From an uncultured Chloroflexia bacterium (GTDB lineage: Bacteria > Chloroflexota > Chloroflexia > Thermomicrobiales > CFX8): a stretch of DNA of 64,000 bases. The DNA lies in the NCBI GenBank assembly GCA_963709995.1, contig CAVPYN010000011.1:119604-183603 (forward strand). The letters are read 5' to 3'. The position numbers and the translations under genes are program-made. The notes under the pieces are model-generated. The model was not told the DNA's origin. It saw only the letters and a program-made list of their open reading frames with translations, and made no database searches. Shown here piece by piece: positions 23,591 to 33,641 of the stretch (position 1 is its first letter; each line of letters opens with the position of its first letter).

Positions 23591-24553
23591 ATGCGGCGCC
23601 TGCCGTGGTTCTACCGCTTCATCGACCGGTTCGTGCGCGGAGACCAGCGCGCGCTCACGATCCGGGCTGGCGTGGCCCTGGTCATGCTCCTGGTTCTCGT
23701 GCTGGTCAGCCCGAGCTTCTTCGGTTGGGGTCTCGCGGTCGCTGTGATGATCGTGGCGGTTCCGATTTCCAAAATGCGTTCGTATGCGATCGCCTTTCTC
23801 CCCTATGGGGCAGCCTGGCTGGTCTTCACCGTCCTGCGTTCGATGGCGGACGAAACACGGATACCGCTTCGCACCGACGCCGTCACGAAGATCGAACGGG
23901 CGATGTTCCTTGGCGCGACGCCGACGATCTGGCTGCAGAATCATTTGTTCGATCCTTTTTCCCTGGCCTGGTATGACTACGCGACGACCTTCGTTCACTG
24001 GTCCTATTTCTTCGTGCCGCATATCGCGGCGATCATCATCTGGCGATTGAATCCCGCCCTTTTCACCCGCTATCTCGTTGCAACGGTTCTTTTGCTCGGA
24101 GTTGGCCTGCTTGTCTATTTCCTTTCCCCGGCCGCTCCACCGTGGCTAACGACCGACACCGCGCCGCAGCCAGACACCTACCGGGTGATGGCCAACGTTG
24201 GGCGGGAGATCAACTCCAGCCTCTATGACCGCACCAACAGCGTCGTCGGCGATTCTAACCCGGTCGCGGCGATGCCCTCGATGCACCAGGCGATCACGGT
24301 GCTCGTCGTGCTGTTCGCGGTATCGGCCGGTGGCTGGATACGCATTGCGGGACTGCTCTACGCAGTGGCGATGGGATTTTCGCTGGTCTATACCGGTGAA
24401 CATTATGTCATTGACGTGCTGATCGGCAGCGCCCTGGCCACCTATGCCTACTTCATTGCTGGTCGCTGGCTAACGACGATCGCCCCGTTGTTCCAGACGA
24501 TGCGCCGTCAATCACGCGGCGAGCTGCAACCGATGGGGCCGCCGCCGGTCTAG
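23591..24553 (+). CDS. PAP2 superfamily membrane protein (inositol-phosphorylceramide synthase-like)
   Basis: Multiple TM helices, SMHQAITV and YTGEHYVIDVLIGSALA motifs. Start set at MRRLPWFY. Confidence 0.7.
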   Translation: MRRLPWFYRFIDRFVRGDQRALTIRAGVALVMLLVLVLVSPSFFGWGLAVAVMIVAVPISKMRSYAIAFLPYGAAWLVFTVLRSMADETRIPLRTDAVTKIERAMFLGATPTIWLQNHLFDPFSLAWYDYATTFVHWSYFFVPHIAAIIIWRLNPALFTRYLVATVLLLGVGLLVYFLSPAAPPWLTTDTAPQPDTYRVMANVGREINSSLYDRTNSVVGDSNPVAAMPSMHQAITVLVVLFAVSAGGWIRIAGLLYAVAMGFSLVYTGEHYVIDVLIGSALATYAYFIAGRWLTTIAPLFQTMRRQSRGELQPMGPPPV

Positions 24554-24855
24554 CGGGATACGAATGCGCCGCCGTGAGTTTGTTCTGGGGTGTCAACCAT
24601 CGCGGTAGTCGCCCGTGCACGGAGTAGAGCACATCCCATGGATGGACGATGTCGAGCGCATTCGTATCAAGCCCCTACCGGTTGGACGTGGCAAAGGAAC
24701 GCCTACGATCGAGCCAGGTGAATCCCCTTCGGGGATGTCCTCGTCCCCAATCTTCAGGCGTCCTTCAAGCGGGTCAACTCCAGTGCCGGACCGGTTTCTC
24801 CTACTCCCAAAGGCAGCAAAATCTGCCGTTCCGATGAGTTGCTCGTTTATGTCAG

Positions 24856-25233
24856 TCAATCCACTTGAGCCAGGCGGTGCTCGAAGGAGGAGTCCACATC
24901 AATCAACTCGAACGGCAGAGCCAGGATCAGCGCCGCACCCAAAAGGAAAAGTGCGAACGCAGGCGTCGGACTTTCGTCGAAGGTTTCCGGACTCTGTCGG
25001 AGCCAAAGTAAGCCCCCGATGGCAGGAATCATAGCCGCTACAATTACATTCACTACCTTGATAAGCAGACGATCTGGATAGATCGTGTCGAGCAAAAGGA
25101 ACGCAGCGAACGAAACTACAAAGCCCATTATGAATAGGCGGATTGCGCTGCTCAAGAAAAGCGCAAGACAAACATTGCGTACGTGCTTTACAGATGCGAC
25201 TAGCCAAGACATCTGACCACCCTCGGTACACAT
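24856..25233 (-). CDS. Small polytopic membrane protein, candidate immunity for the orphan RHS tip upstream
   Basis: About four hydrophobic helices. It lies about 150 nt downstream of orphan CT module 25381..26256 in an AT-richer stretch. Confidence 0.4.
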   Translation of the reverse strand: MCTEGGQMSWLVASVKHVRNVCLALFLSSAIRLFIMGFVVSFAAFLLLDTIYPDRLLIKVVNVIVAAMIPAIGGLLWLRQSPETFDESPTPAFALFLLGAALILALPFELIDVDSSFEHRLAQVD

Positions 25234-25380
25234 CTAACAACGAGACGGTCAGCGAGGCTACCACCAATAGTTCCCGTCGACACCATCTCAACCCAACGCG
25301 CACTGCGCGCTATTTCGTGCCGACACCATGCTTAGTCTATCCTCGCTGTCACCGAACGAACGCTCTTGGACGAGAGGTCA

Positions 25381-26256
25381 CTAGATTAAATCGTCGCGAC
25401 AACCACTAATGAGGCTGGCAGTTTCACAGAAGCCAGCCCACAAGTAAGGGTTCATTGGACCAAGAACATAAGACGCGATCGCCCCTCCGCAGAACTTCCA
25501 GCCTGCGAGGCAGGCACTAATGATTAGCACCAAGATCGTATCTCCTTGCGGAAGGCTACGAACCAGTTTCTGTCCGGCTCGCGCCAGCTTTAACAGATTC
25601 TTGAAATTCTTCACCGACCTATCTAGACCAAACCCGGCCGCCAAAGCCATGCAATCCAGAAAACACGAAGCGCAGTCTTTAAAGAACTCCCCACAGTCAT
25701 CAACTCCAGGAACTGGACAGTTGTCATCGGGCTCCTCTGGCAGGTCCTCAGAATCACAATCATCACAATTGTCTGTTGGGCGATCGCCCTGGAAATGATC
25801 GAATCCATCGTTCAGCAATCCGAGAATCTCCGCGAGGATCGCGAACATCAGCGCCAGGATCGTCAGGATCAAGATGAAGAACACGATTCCGAGAGCCATG
25901 CCAATAAAGGGCAACAGGAGCAGCGGAATCGCTGCCCGGATCGCCGCCCCGACCGCGACCAGTGCGGTGGTCAACCCAGCAAGGATCACCATCCCTTGCT
26001 CGACGTCGCTAATCGTATGCCCGGTCGGGTCCGTGTAGCGCATCGGGTTGTTCGCGGTGTAGGCATAGCGGTTGTAGCCCTGCGTCCCCGGCGCATTGGG
26101 CTGCACCGTATCGGCGCTCAGGAAACGACCGGTGCTCGGGTTGTAATGCCGTGAACGCAGGTAGACATCGCCCGTCGTCGCATCGGTCGGCTCTCCGGTG
26201 AAGCCGAAGCGGCTCGTCGCGCCGCTCTGGTTACGCGGCGACCCGACTCTGCCTCC
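25381..26256 (-). pseudogene. Orphan RHS C-terminal module (5'-truncated core end + TM segment + Cys-rich tip)
   Basis: The frame opens right after a TGA at 26257-26259. It reads GSPRNQSGATSRFGFTGEPTDATTGDVYLRSRHYNPSTGRFLSADTVQPNAPGTQGYNRYAYTANNPMRYTDPTGHT and then a divergent tail. There is no upstream YD-repeat body. Confidence 0.8.
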
Positions 26257-26269
26257 TCAAACGCCCTTG

Positions 26270-26527
26270 TTATCCAGTATGTCTAACTGATCCGTATCCG
26301 AAAAGAAGCAAAGCCAGTCCTGAGAGACCTATCGCCCATGGAAATGAGCTTTGCCAGGAGTGGCCTATCTGAGCGACAAGGAGTGGATAGCCTGGAATGG
26401 ATACAACCGCAAAGAAGTATGCGAGAAATCGCCATGCTCCGGTTGGCCTCGGATAGAGGGCTCGAAATTCTCGTATCGCAAGTCCCATAAAGATGAGGCT
26501 GCCGGACCACATCAGGATCGCTGTCAT
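26270..26527 (-). CDS. Small three-helix membrane protein, candidate immunity for the main RHS toxin
   Basis: ATG 26527 lies 17 nt after the RHS stop (26544-26546). The product MTAILMWSGSLIFMGLAI... is hydrophobic. Confidence 0.45.
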   Translation of the reverse strand: MTAILMWSGSLIFMGLAIREFRALYPRPTGAWRFLAYFFAVVSIPGYPLLVAQIGHSWQSSFPWAIGLSGLALLLFGYGSVRHTG

Positions 26528-26543
26528 GTCGCACGCCCTAGCG

Positions 26544-29500
26544 CTAGTATCCACCGCACTCTCGTCGTGCATCCTCAAGTGCCTGGACATCTGCCATGGT
26601 GATTCCAATGTCGAGTAGTAGATCCACTGTGGGATCAAATGATGCAAAGGAGGCCCCGGAAAGCGCTGCAGCCTGTGCACATTCGGGACTTGCGATCCCT
26701 GAATCCTCGCAGACAATCGCAAGCGCAGCGGCCGTGGCAAAATCGCCGATAGTGGCTCCTATTGCTGCCTGACCAGCCATTGCACTGTATGCTGCCGCAC
26801 AAGCAAAAGGCCCAAAGATACACAACGCTACCGTTCCGAGTATTGCCGAAGTTGCCGCGATTGCGGTAATCCCCAAAGCGATCAGGTCAAGCGCAACGGT
26901 TAGCTCAAGCTCAGAAAGGTTGCAATCACAGCCGGCGAACTCTGCTCGAATCGAATCTGACGGATCCAGTCGCGACACTCCTGGCACCGTACCATTTGGA
27001 GCATATACTGGGCAGTCATCGCTAGGCTCCATCGGTAGATCGTCAGGATCCTTCGACGGGGGCCGGTCCGTTGGCCGATCGCCTTGGTAGTGATCGAAAT
27101 CATCCTGAAGCAAAGCTAGGATCTCACCAATCACATGAAAAATCAGCGCCAGGATTACCAGAAGCGTGTAGGCGAAAACGATTGAGAGAGCCAGGCCTAT
27201 CGGCCCTCCCAGAAGTAGCAGGGGTAGCGAGGTTCTGACCAACGCGCCCCACATGACGAGCGCGACAATCAACCCTGCTAGGATCTCCATGCCCTGCTCG
27301 ACATCGTTGATCGTGTGCCCGGTGGGATCGGTGTAACGCATCGGGTTGTTGGCGGTGTAGGCATAGCGGTTGTAGCCCTGTGTCCCTGGCGCGTTCGGCT
27401 GCACCGTGTCGGCGCTCAGGAAGCGGCCGGTGTTGGGGTCGTAGTGGCGCGACCGCAGGTAGATGTCCCCGGTCGTCGCATCCGTCGGCTCGCCGGTGAA
27501 GCCGAACAGGCTGCTCGCGCCCGTCTGGTTTCTCGGCGCGCCAAAGACCGCGTAGTCTGATGAACCCGTCAGCGTTCCCGTGCCATCGGTCAGACCGCGC
27601 ACCGAGCCCAGCGCGTCGGTCAACGGATAGGTTGCGGCATTTGTCCCGTCTATCTGGGAGACGAGACCACCGGCATGAAGGTAACCGTTCGTCCCGTCAT
27701 CGACGAGCATCGGCAGCCCGCTGATCTGGTCGTAAATGTAGGTCGTCGTGTTCGCCCCGACCGTCTCGCTGACCTTCAATCCGTTGCCATCGTAGCTGTA
27801 GCTGACCGTGTTGCCACCGACCGTCGCCCCGGTCAAGCGGTTACGCCAGTCCCAGCTGTAGCTCTCTGCGCCAACCGCCGTCAGGTTGCCGGCCTGGTCG
27901 TAGGTGAAGGTGTTCGTGCCGTCGCTGGTCAGCTGGTCGGCGTCGTCGTAGGTGTTGGTCGCGATCGTGTTGCCGTTGAAGGTCTCGGTCAGCCGGTTGC
28001 CGTTGGCGTCGTAGGTGTAGCCAGCCGTGTCAGCATTGCTATAGGTCACACCGGTGACGCGGTTGAGCGCGTCCAGGGTGTAGCTCTCGCTGCCGCCGCC
28101 ATAGGCCATTGCCGTGCGGTTTCCGGCCGCATCGAGCGTATAGAGGTAGCTGAACTGACTGCCCAGCCCGCCGCCACCGTGGACGACCGAGGTCAGACGT
28201 CCCGCGCCGTCGTAGCCGTAGGTCGTCGAGAGGCCGTTGGGACGGGTCACGCCGGTGCGTTGGCCATCGACGTTGTAGCTGAAACCCATCACCCGGCTCT
28301 GCCAGTCGGTCAGGCTCGTCAGCTGGCCGACGGCGTCGTAAGCGTAGGTCGCCGTCCGTCCACCGGGCAGGGTCATGCTGCTGCGCCGCCCAGCGTTGTC
28401 GTAGGCGTAGGAGACGGTCCCATTCGGCGCGGTCACCGAGCTGATCTGCGATGCCGCGTCATAGCTGTAAGTCGTCGTCCCGGTCGGATCGGTCATCGAT
28501 GTCTGGCGGCCCAGATCGTCGTAGCTGTAGGAGATGCTGCCATTCGGATAGGTGACACCGGTCAGGTTATCGGCGGCATCGTAACTATAGCTGGCGGTGA
28601 TGTTGTTGGCATTGGTGCTGCTGGTGACGTTTCCGGCCAGATCGTAGCCGTAGCTCGTCGTCCGGTTGAGCGGATCGGTCTGGGTCAGCAGGTTGCCAAC
28701 CGTGTCGTAGGTCAGGGTCGTCACCTTGCCGCGCGGGTTAGTGAGGCTGGTCAAGCGGCCGCCGGCATCGTAACCAAAGGTGACGACACCGCTCAGGGCG
28801 TCGGTCATCGTCTTCTGCCGGCCAGCGCCATCATAGGTGTAGCTGATCGTGTTGCTATTCGGATCGGTCTCGCTCGTTAGCTGGCCAGCGTCGTCATAGG
28901 CGAAGCTGGTGCTGTTCCCCAGGGCATCGGTCACGCTCGTCAGCCGGTTGGCGGCATCGTAGGCGTAGGTCGTGACGCCGTTGAGCGGATCGGTCTCGCT
29001 GGTCAGGTTCCCGGCCGCGTCATAGGCGAAGGTCGTCGTCTTGCCACGAGGGTCGGTCATCGACACGCGCTGGTTGGCCCCGTCGTAGGTGTAGCTGGTC
29101 GTGTGGTTGAGCGGATCAGTCGTCGAAGACAGGTTGCCGCAGTCGTCGTAGACCGCTGTCGAGATGGCGCTATTCGGCAGCGTCGTGCTGAGCAGGCGCC
29201 CATTGGTGTCGTAGCTGAAGGAGATCGTCCGGTTGAGCGGATCGGTCATCGAGGCCAGCTGGCCTTTGCTATCATAGCTCCGGGTCGTCGTCTGATTCAG
29301 TGGATTGGTGACCGAGATCAGGTCACCGTTGTCGTTATAGGCGTAGGTTGTCACCCGGTTGAGTGGGTCGGTCTTGGTCAGCATGCGGTCGTTGTCATCG
29401 TAGGTGTAGGTCGTCAGCTTGTTGAGCGGATCGCCCTTGGTGATGACGTTGCCACGGCTGTCGTACTCGTAGTTGGTACGGTGGTCAAGCTGGTCCTCAT

Positions 29501-29948
29501 ACCAAAGCAGGTAGCCGTAGAAGTCGCGATTGTATTCCTGGACATTGCCGAGCGCGTCGGTGACCGAGGCCAGATTGCCTCTGAGGCCATACGCATAGGT
29601 CGTCGTGTGGTTGTTGGCATCGGTCTCGGTCAGCACCCGGCCGTTGGCGTCGTAGGTCCAACTCCAGACCTTGCCGAGCGGATCGGTCATGCTGGTCTGG
29701 TTGTCGGTGCCATCGTAGGTGTAGGTCCAGGTGTTGTTGAGCGCGTTCGTCTCCGTCAGCACGTTCCCATGCGCATCGAATGTATAGGTCATCGTGTGGT
29801 TGAGCGCGTTGGTGATCGTCGTCGGGTTGCCATCCTGGTCGTAGCTGAAGGTTGTCGTATTCAGGCAGGCATCGACGAGGGTGGTTGGGAGGTGCAGCGC
29901 ATTGTAGGAAATGGAGGCGCTTGGAGTTACCCCGGTTTCGTGGACAGT
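26544..29948 (-). pseudogene. RHS/YD-repeat protein, N-terminus removed at the IS3 junction; C-terminal hydrophobic toxin-like tip
   Basis: Dozens of YD repeats (YTYDxxGN/R...). The core ends ...RHYDPNTGRFLSADTVQPNAPGTQGYNRYAYTANNPMRYTDPTGHT at about 27312. The repeat frame stays open up to 29948, where it meets a stop next to the IS end. Confidence 0.85.
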
Positions 29949-29976
29949 TCATCGCTGGTTGGTCGGGTAGCTCCTT

Positions 29977-30846
29977 TCATGCAGCCACTGCCAACTTGAC
30001 GGCACGTTCGTAGGCAGCAGGCGAATGATAACCGAGTGCCGAGTGGCGCCGATGGGAGTTGTAGAAGCCTTCGATGTAGTCGAAGAGCGCGGTGCGAGCT
30101 TCGCGGTGGGTCCTGAAAGTGTGGCGGCGCAGCAGTTCACATTCCAGGGTCGCAAAGAAGGCCTCGGTAACGGCATTGTCGTAACAGTCGCCTTGGGAAC
30201 CCATCGAGGGCACAATCCCCGCTAGCTAGCAGCGTTGACCGAAGGTGAATGACGTGTACTGTGAGCCCTGGTCGGAGTGATGGATCACCCCCTGCGCCGG
30301 CCGCCGGTTCCACAAGGCCATCTCCAAGGCGGTCACGACGAGCTCGCTGCGCAGGTGGTCAGCCATCGCCCAGCCGACGATCCGACGACTGAAGACATCG
30401 AGCACGACAGCCAGGTAGAGAAAGCCGTTCCAGGTCGGGACGTAGGTGATATCCGCCGTCCAGAGCTGGTTCGGTGCGCTGGCCACGAAGCGGCGCTGCA
30501 CCCGATCGGGCGCTGGCACGGCGCGCGGTTCGCGCTGCGTGGTGCGCACGCGTTTCCGCCGATGACAACCCACGAGCCCCTCCGCCCGCATCAGCCGCGC
30601 GACACGCTTACGCCCACAGCGCACCCCATGGGCGGCGAGGTCGGCATGAATCCGTGGTGCCCCATACGTGCCGCGGCTCGTACGGTGGATCGTCCGGATA
30701 CGTTCCGTCAACTGGGCGTCGGCCTGACAGCGGGCCGAACGGCCCCGCCCGCGCCAGGCGTAGTATCCGCTCGTCGAAACACCCAGCATCCGACACATGG
30801 TCCTCACGGCATGATGAGCCTTCTCTCGCTCGACGAACTCAAACAC
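29977..30846 (-). pseudogene. IS3 transposase OrfB (DDE integrase core) interrupted by an in-frame TAG at 30226-30228
   Basis: ...HHSDQGSQYTSFTFGQRC TAG LAGIVPSMGSQGDCYDNAVTEAFFATLE... The two listed ORFs are the same frame separated by one stop. Confidence 0.8.
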
Positions 30847-30848
30847 GG

Positions 30849-31163
30849 CTATCGGCGTGAGTTGTCGGGCGCCCTCTGGGCGTGGGCGAAGAAGGCTGCG
30901 GCTTTTTTTAGGATCTCGCGCTCTTCACGCAGGATGCGGTTCTCACGGCGCAGGCGAGCCAATTCCTCGCGTTCACTCGTCGTCAGCCCATCGTGCCGAA
31001 CACCCGCATCGAGATCTGCTTGTTTGAGCCACTGGCGCAGTGTCTCGGTACTAATACCGAGATCTTCCGCAATGGCGCGTTGAGACTTGCCACTCGAACG
31101 CATGAGAGCGATCGCTTCGGCCCGGAACTCTGGTGGATACGGCGGTCGCGTCTTGCCGCCCAT
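30849..31163 (-). CDS. IS3 transposase OrfA
   Basis: MGGKTRPPYPPEFRAEAIALMRSSGKSQRAIAEDLGISTETLRQWLKQ...RLRRENRILREEREILKKAAAFFA. A GAGAAAGGAG ribosome-binding site precedes ATG 31163. Confidence 0.85.
   Translation of the reverse strand: MGGKTRPPYPPEFRAEAIALMRSSGKSQRAIAEDLGISTETLRQWLKQADLDAGVRHDGLTTSEREELARLRRENRILREEREILKKAAAFFAHAQRAPDNSRR
30903..30909 (-). promoter_or_regulatory. A7 slippery heptamer for programmed -1 frameshift, orfA to orfB
   Basis: The minus strand reads CTA AAA AAA GCC inside orfA. The -1 frame is open from here into orfB (KKSRSLLRPRPEGARQLTPIAVFEFVEREK...). Confidence 0.7.
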
Positions 31164-31230
31164 TGGGACTCCTTTCTCGGAATCAATCACTCCAAGTGTT
31201 GAGGTCTCCACTAAAGCGGGTCAACTCCAC

Positions 31231-31566
31231 AGTGCTCGGCGACAAGGGCTATGTCAGTGCGCCGGCTGCAGCTCAGCTTGCTGATCAGGCTGCTGTACGC
31301 TTGCTGACCGTGCCGCGTCGCAACCAGCACCGGCAACTGGCTCCACAGCAAGTCACCCTGCACAACCGCTGGCGCCACATCATCGAGACGATGACGAGTC
31401 AACTGGCTGGTCAGTTGCAGATCGAGACGATCGGGCCAAGAGCTTCTGGGGACTCTGTGCACGCCTCTACAGCAAGCTCACCGCCCATACTATCTGCCTG
31501 TACCTCAATCGTCTCCTCTCCACTGAAAACTATCTCCAGATCAAACACCTCGCCTTTCCCAACTAG
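31231..31566 (+). pseudogene. 3' fragment of an IS982-family transposase gene, truncated at the IS3 end and frame-broken
   Basis: VLGDKGYVSAPAAAQL...LLTVPRRNQ...RWRHIIETMTSQLAGQLQIE. After a shift it reads AKSFWGLCARLYSKLTAHTICLYLNRLL...IKHLAFPN and ends at TAG 31564-31566. Confidence 0.6.
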
Positions 31567-31599
31567 CACAAGGGTCTAGTACTAGCGGATGACAGGTAC

Positions 31600-31929
31600 T
31601 CAGATACTGAGAACTGTGGCGTGACCGACCAATATGGACAACCCTTCCCACAATTCGATCTTATCTCCAACTTTGACCGAGTTCCAGAACCTAGCCTCGA
31701 TGGGCCTAAGATAGGCTCGCGCACATTCTCCCGGAACAACTCGCTCCTGATCTACCCAGTGCAAGATCGCATCGTTGAAAAGCTTGTGAGAGCCTGCCAT
31801 ATGACCTATCCAGCACGTAGCATGGTATCCGTGCCAAACCGAATGTTGCCGACCTCCTTCGGCAGCAGTGAACAGCGTCAAGCAGATGTCTATACGTCGG
31901 GGCGCCGCAGCATCCGCCATGGCGTCCAT
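31600..31929 (-). CDS. Stand-alone EF-Tu domain III-like beta-barrel protein
   Basis: By-eye alignment to the EF-Tu C-terminal domain: ...TAAEGGRQHSVWHGY... versus KEEGGRHTPFFxGY; VVPGE versus VMPGD; ELWEGLSILVGHATVLSI versus AIREGGRTVGAGVVxKI. Confidence 0.5.
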   Translation of the reverse strand: MDAMADAAAPRRIDICLTLFTAAEGGRQHSVWHGYHATCWIGHMAGSHKLFNDAILHWVDQERVVPGECARAYLRPIEARFWNSVKVGDKIELWEGLSILVGHATVLSI

Positions 31930-32045
31930 GGCAACGCGTTCAAGAATTCCACTAGGCCTCCTACAGCAGAGTTGAGTTCGTTGAACCGATTTCCAGGAAC
32001 GTTCAATGCATATCGGCTAACTGTATGGATCAGTTCGAATGCTGC

Positions 32046-32300
32046 TTAATCCTTGAACCATCGCTTGTCTACGTTGTCAACATATGGAGTCGAAACTAAC
32101 TCCGATTCGGCACAACCCCAAGTCTCATCAAATCCATAAAACCAGACAAGATAAGACATCGGCTCGCTGGAATCATCGCCCTCATCCGCGTCTGGATCAC
32201 CTCGAGCAATCACAACCCCAAGCATCCCCGCCAAATGAGGCATAGAGAACACATCGTTTCGCAACTGTACTACGTCGTACAGATCATACTTTGCTGTCAT
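32046..32300 (-). CDS. Small acidic protein, candidate immunity for orphan RHS tip 3
   Basis: Starts 6 nt after the stop of 32307..33641. 84 aa, with an SH3-like pattern (YDVVQL...GMLGVVI...YLVWF). Confidence 0.45.
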   Translation of the reverse strand: MTAKYDLYDVVQLRNDVFSMPHLAGMLGVVIARGDPDADEGDDSSEPMSYLVWFYGFDETWGCAESELVSTPYVDNVDKRWFKD

Positions 32301-32306
32301 GTCAGT

Positions 32307-33641
32307 CTATCTGCGTTGTGATGCAAGTTCGCGGACCCTTCCGTCTGGCGATACGTTGACCCGATTCACGTCAACTCCATACTGGTCTCGGAAGAATCTT
32401 CGCCCTTTCGAAGAGAGTTGAACATCCCACTCAAAGCTGAACGCCTGATCCTGACCGTGATACGGTCCCTTCTGCCAAACATTGCCGAAATCGTCCCGGA
32501 AACCGTTGCCTGTCCTTGGCAAACGCTGTTCCTTCCATCGCTTCGGCAGCAAGTAGAAGAACTCTCCAGATGTGGGAAGACCAGCCTTTTGTATGCGTTT
32601 GACGATCTCGCTTGGTGGCCCGCCGCCGCCTCCACCTGTCATACATCCATAGCCAGCGGCGAATAAGAGGTCGCCGAGATTGAACCCGCCACCAAACGCA
32701 ACAGCCCAAAGGAATTCCTCAGTGACCTCCTCTACGATCCCATTGAAACAACTTCGCCAATCCGGCTCAACCGGATAGGTCGTCACCAGCGTGCCGATAT
32801 CCTCGTTCACCAAAGCTGGCGCCAGATCACTGGGAGCCAGGATATCGGGGAAGAAATTCCAGGGATCGATCAAAACGAACATCAAGCCGAGGATGTAGAG
32901 CAACGTCGCGGCAATCAGCGTGGCAACGATGAAGACGATGAGTCCCGCAACCATGCCCACGAGTGGCACCACAAACAGCACCATCAGCGACTGGATCGCG
33001 GCAATCAACGAAGTGAGCAAGGGCGCGATGGCAATGCGCAGGACGACGGCCTCAGCCGCCGCGATTGCCCCCAGCCGCACGCCATTCGCATTGGCCTGCG
33101 GGGCGACAGTTTCCGCGGAACCGATTGCCGCCGACAGTCGCAACGTGATCACGTTGAGCAGGTTGTTGATCGCCGAGTTGCCCAGCTGGCTGATCGTTGC
33201 CGCTTCGTGACCACTCGGGTCCACCCAGGTCGCGGGATTATTGGCGACATAGCTGTAGCGGTTATAGCCCTGCGTGCCCGCTGCATTGGGCTGGATCGTA
33301 TCAGCGCTCAGGAAGCGCCCCGTCGAAGGCGCGTGATAGCGTGCTCGCAGATACAGATTACCGGTCGAAGCGTCGGTCTGCTCGCCAGTAAACCCAAAGA
33401 TGGACGATGTCCCGGCCTGCGCACGTGGGGTGCCGAAGGCCTCGTACTCGGCCGAACCACTCAGCGCCCCACTGCCGTCCGCAATCCCGCGCACGGACCC
33501 CAGCGCGTCAGCCAGCAACCAGTCCGTCGTGCCCTGGCTGTCGGTCTGTGAGAGCACGCCACCGGCATGCACGTAGCCCTTCGCGCCATCATCGATCAGG
33601 AGCGGCAGCCCCCCGACGCGATCGTAGACGTACCAGCTTGG
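32307..33641 (-). pseudogene. Orphan RHS C-terminal module 3 (5'-truncated core end + TM segment + soluble toxin-like domain)
   Basis: The frame opens after TAA 33642-33644. It reads SWYVYDRVGGLPLLIDDGAKGYVHAGGVLSQTD...FGFTGEQTDASTGNLYLRARYHAPSTGRFLSADTIQPNAAGTQGYNRYSYVANNPATWVDPSGHE and then a unique tail. Confidence 0.8.

Larger units (their letters stand above)
29940..31230 (-). mobile_element. IS3-family insertion sequence (orfA/orfB), boundaries approximate
   Basis: orfA has an HTH and leucine zipper. orfB is a DDE integrase core. Imperfect terminal repeats GTGGACAGTTCATCGC (left) versus the reverse complement GTGGAGTTGACCCGC (right). I could not see a clear target duplication. Confidence 0.75.

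Noticed and set aside
24593-24859. 88-aa minus-strand ORF overlapping (ATGA) the end of the putative immunity gene
   Set aside because: Translational coupling is suggestive, but the product has no features and the region also has an open plus-strand frame. The evidence is too weak to call.
27675-29999. Long plus-strand ORFs (27675..28880, 401 aa; 29103..29999, 298 aa)
   Set aside because: They are antisense to the YD-repeat body of the rhs gene. Their products are low-complexity and Val/Arg/Gly-rich, typical of spurious open frames in high-GC repeats.
30214-30232. GCTAGCTAGC (two overlapping NheI-like sites giving stops) as a possible engineered stop cassette
   Set aside because: A single C-to-T change of CAG to TAG in the native context TGC CAG CTA GCG explains it. 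Nothing else nearby looks synthetic.
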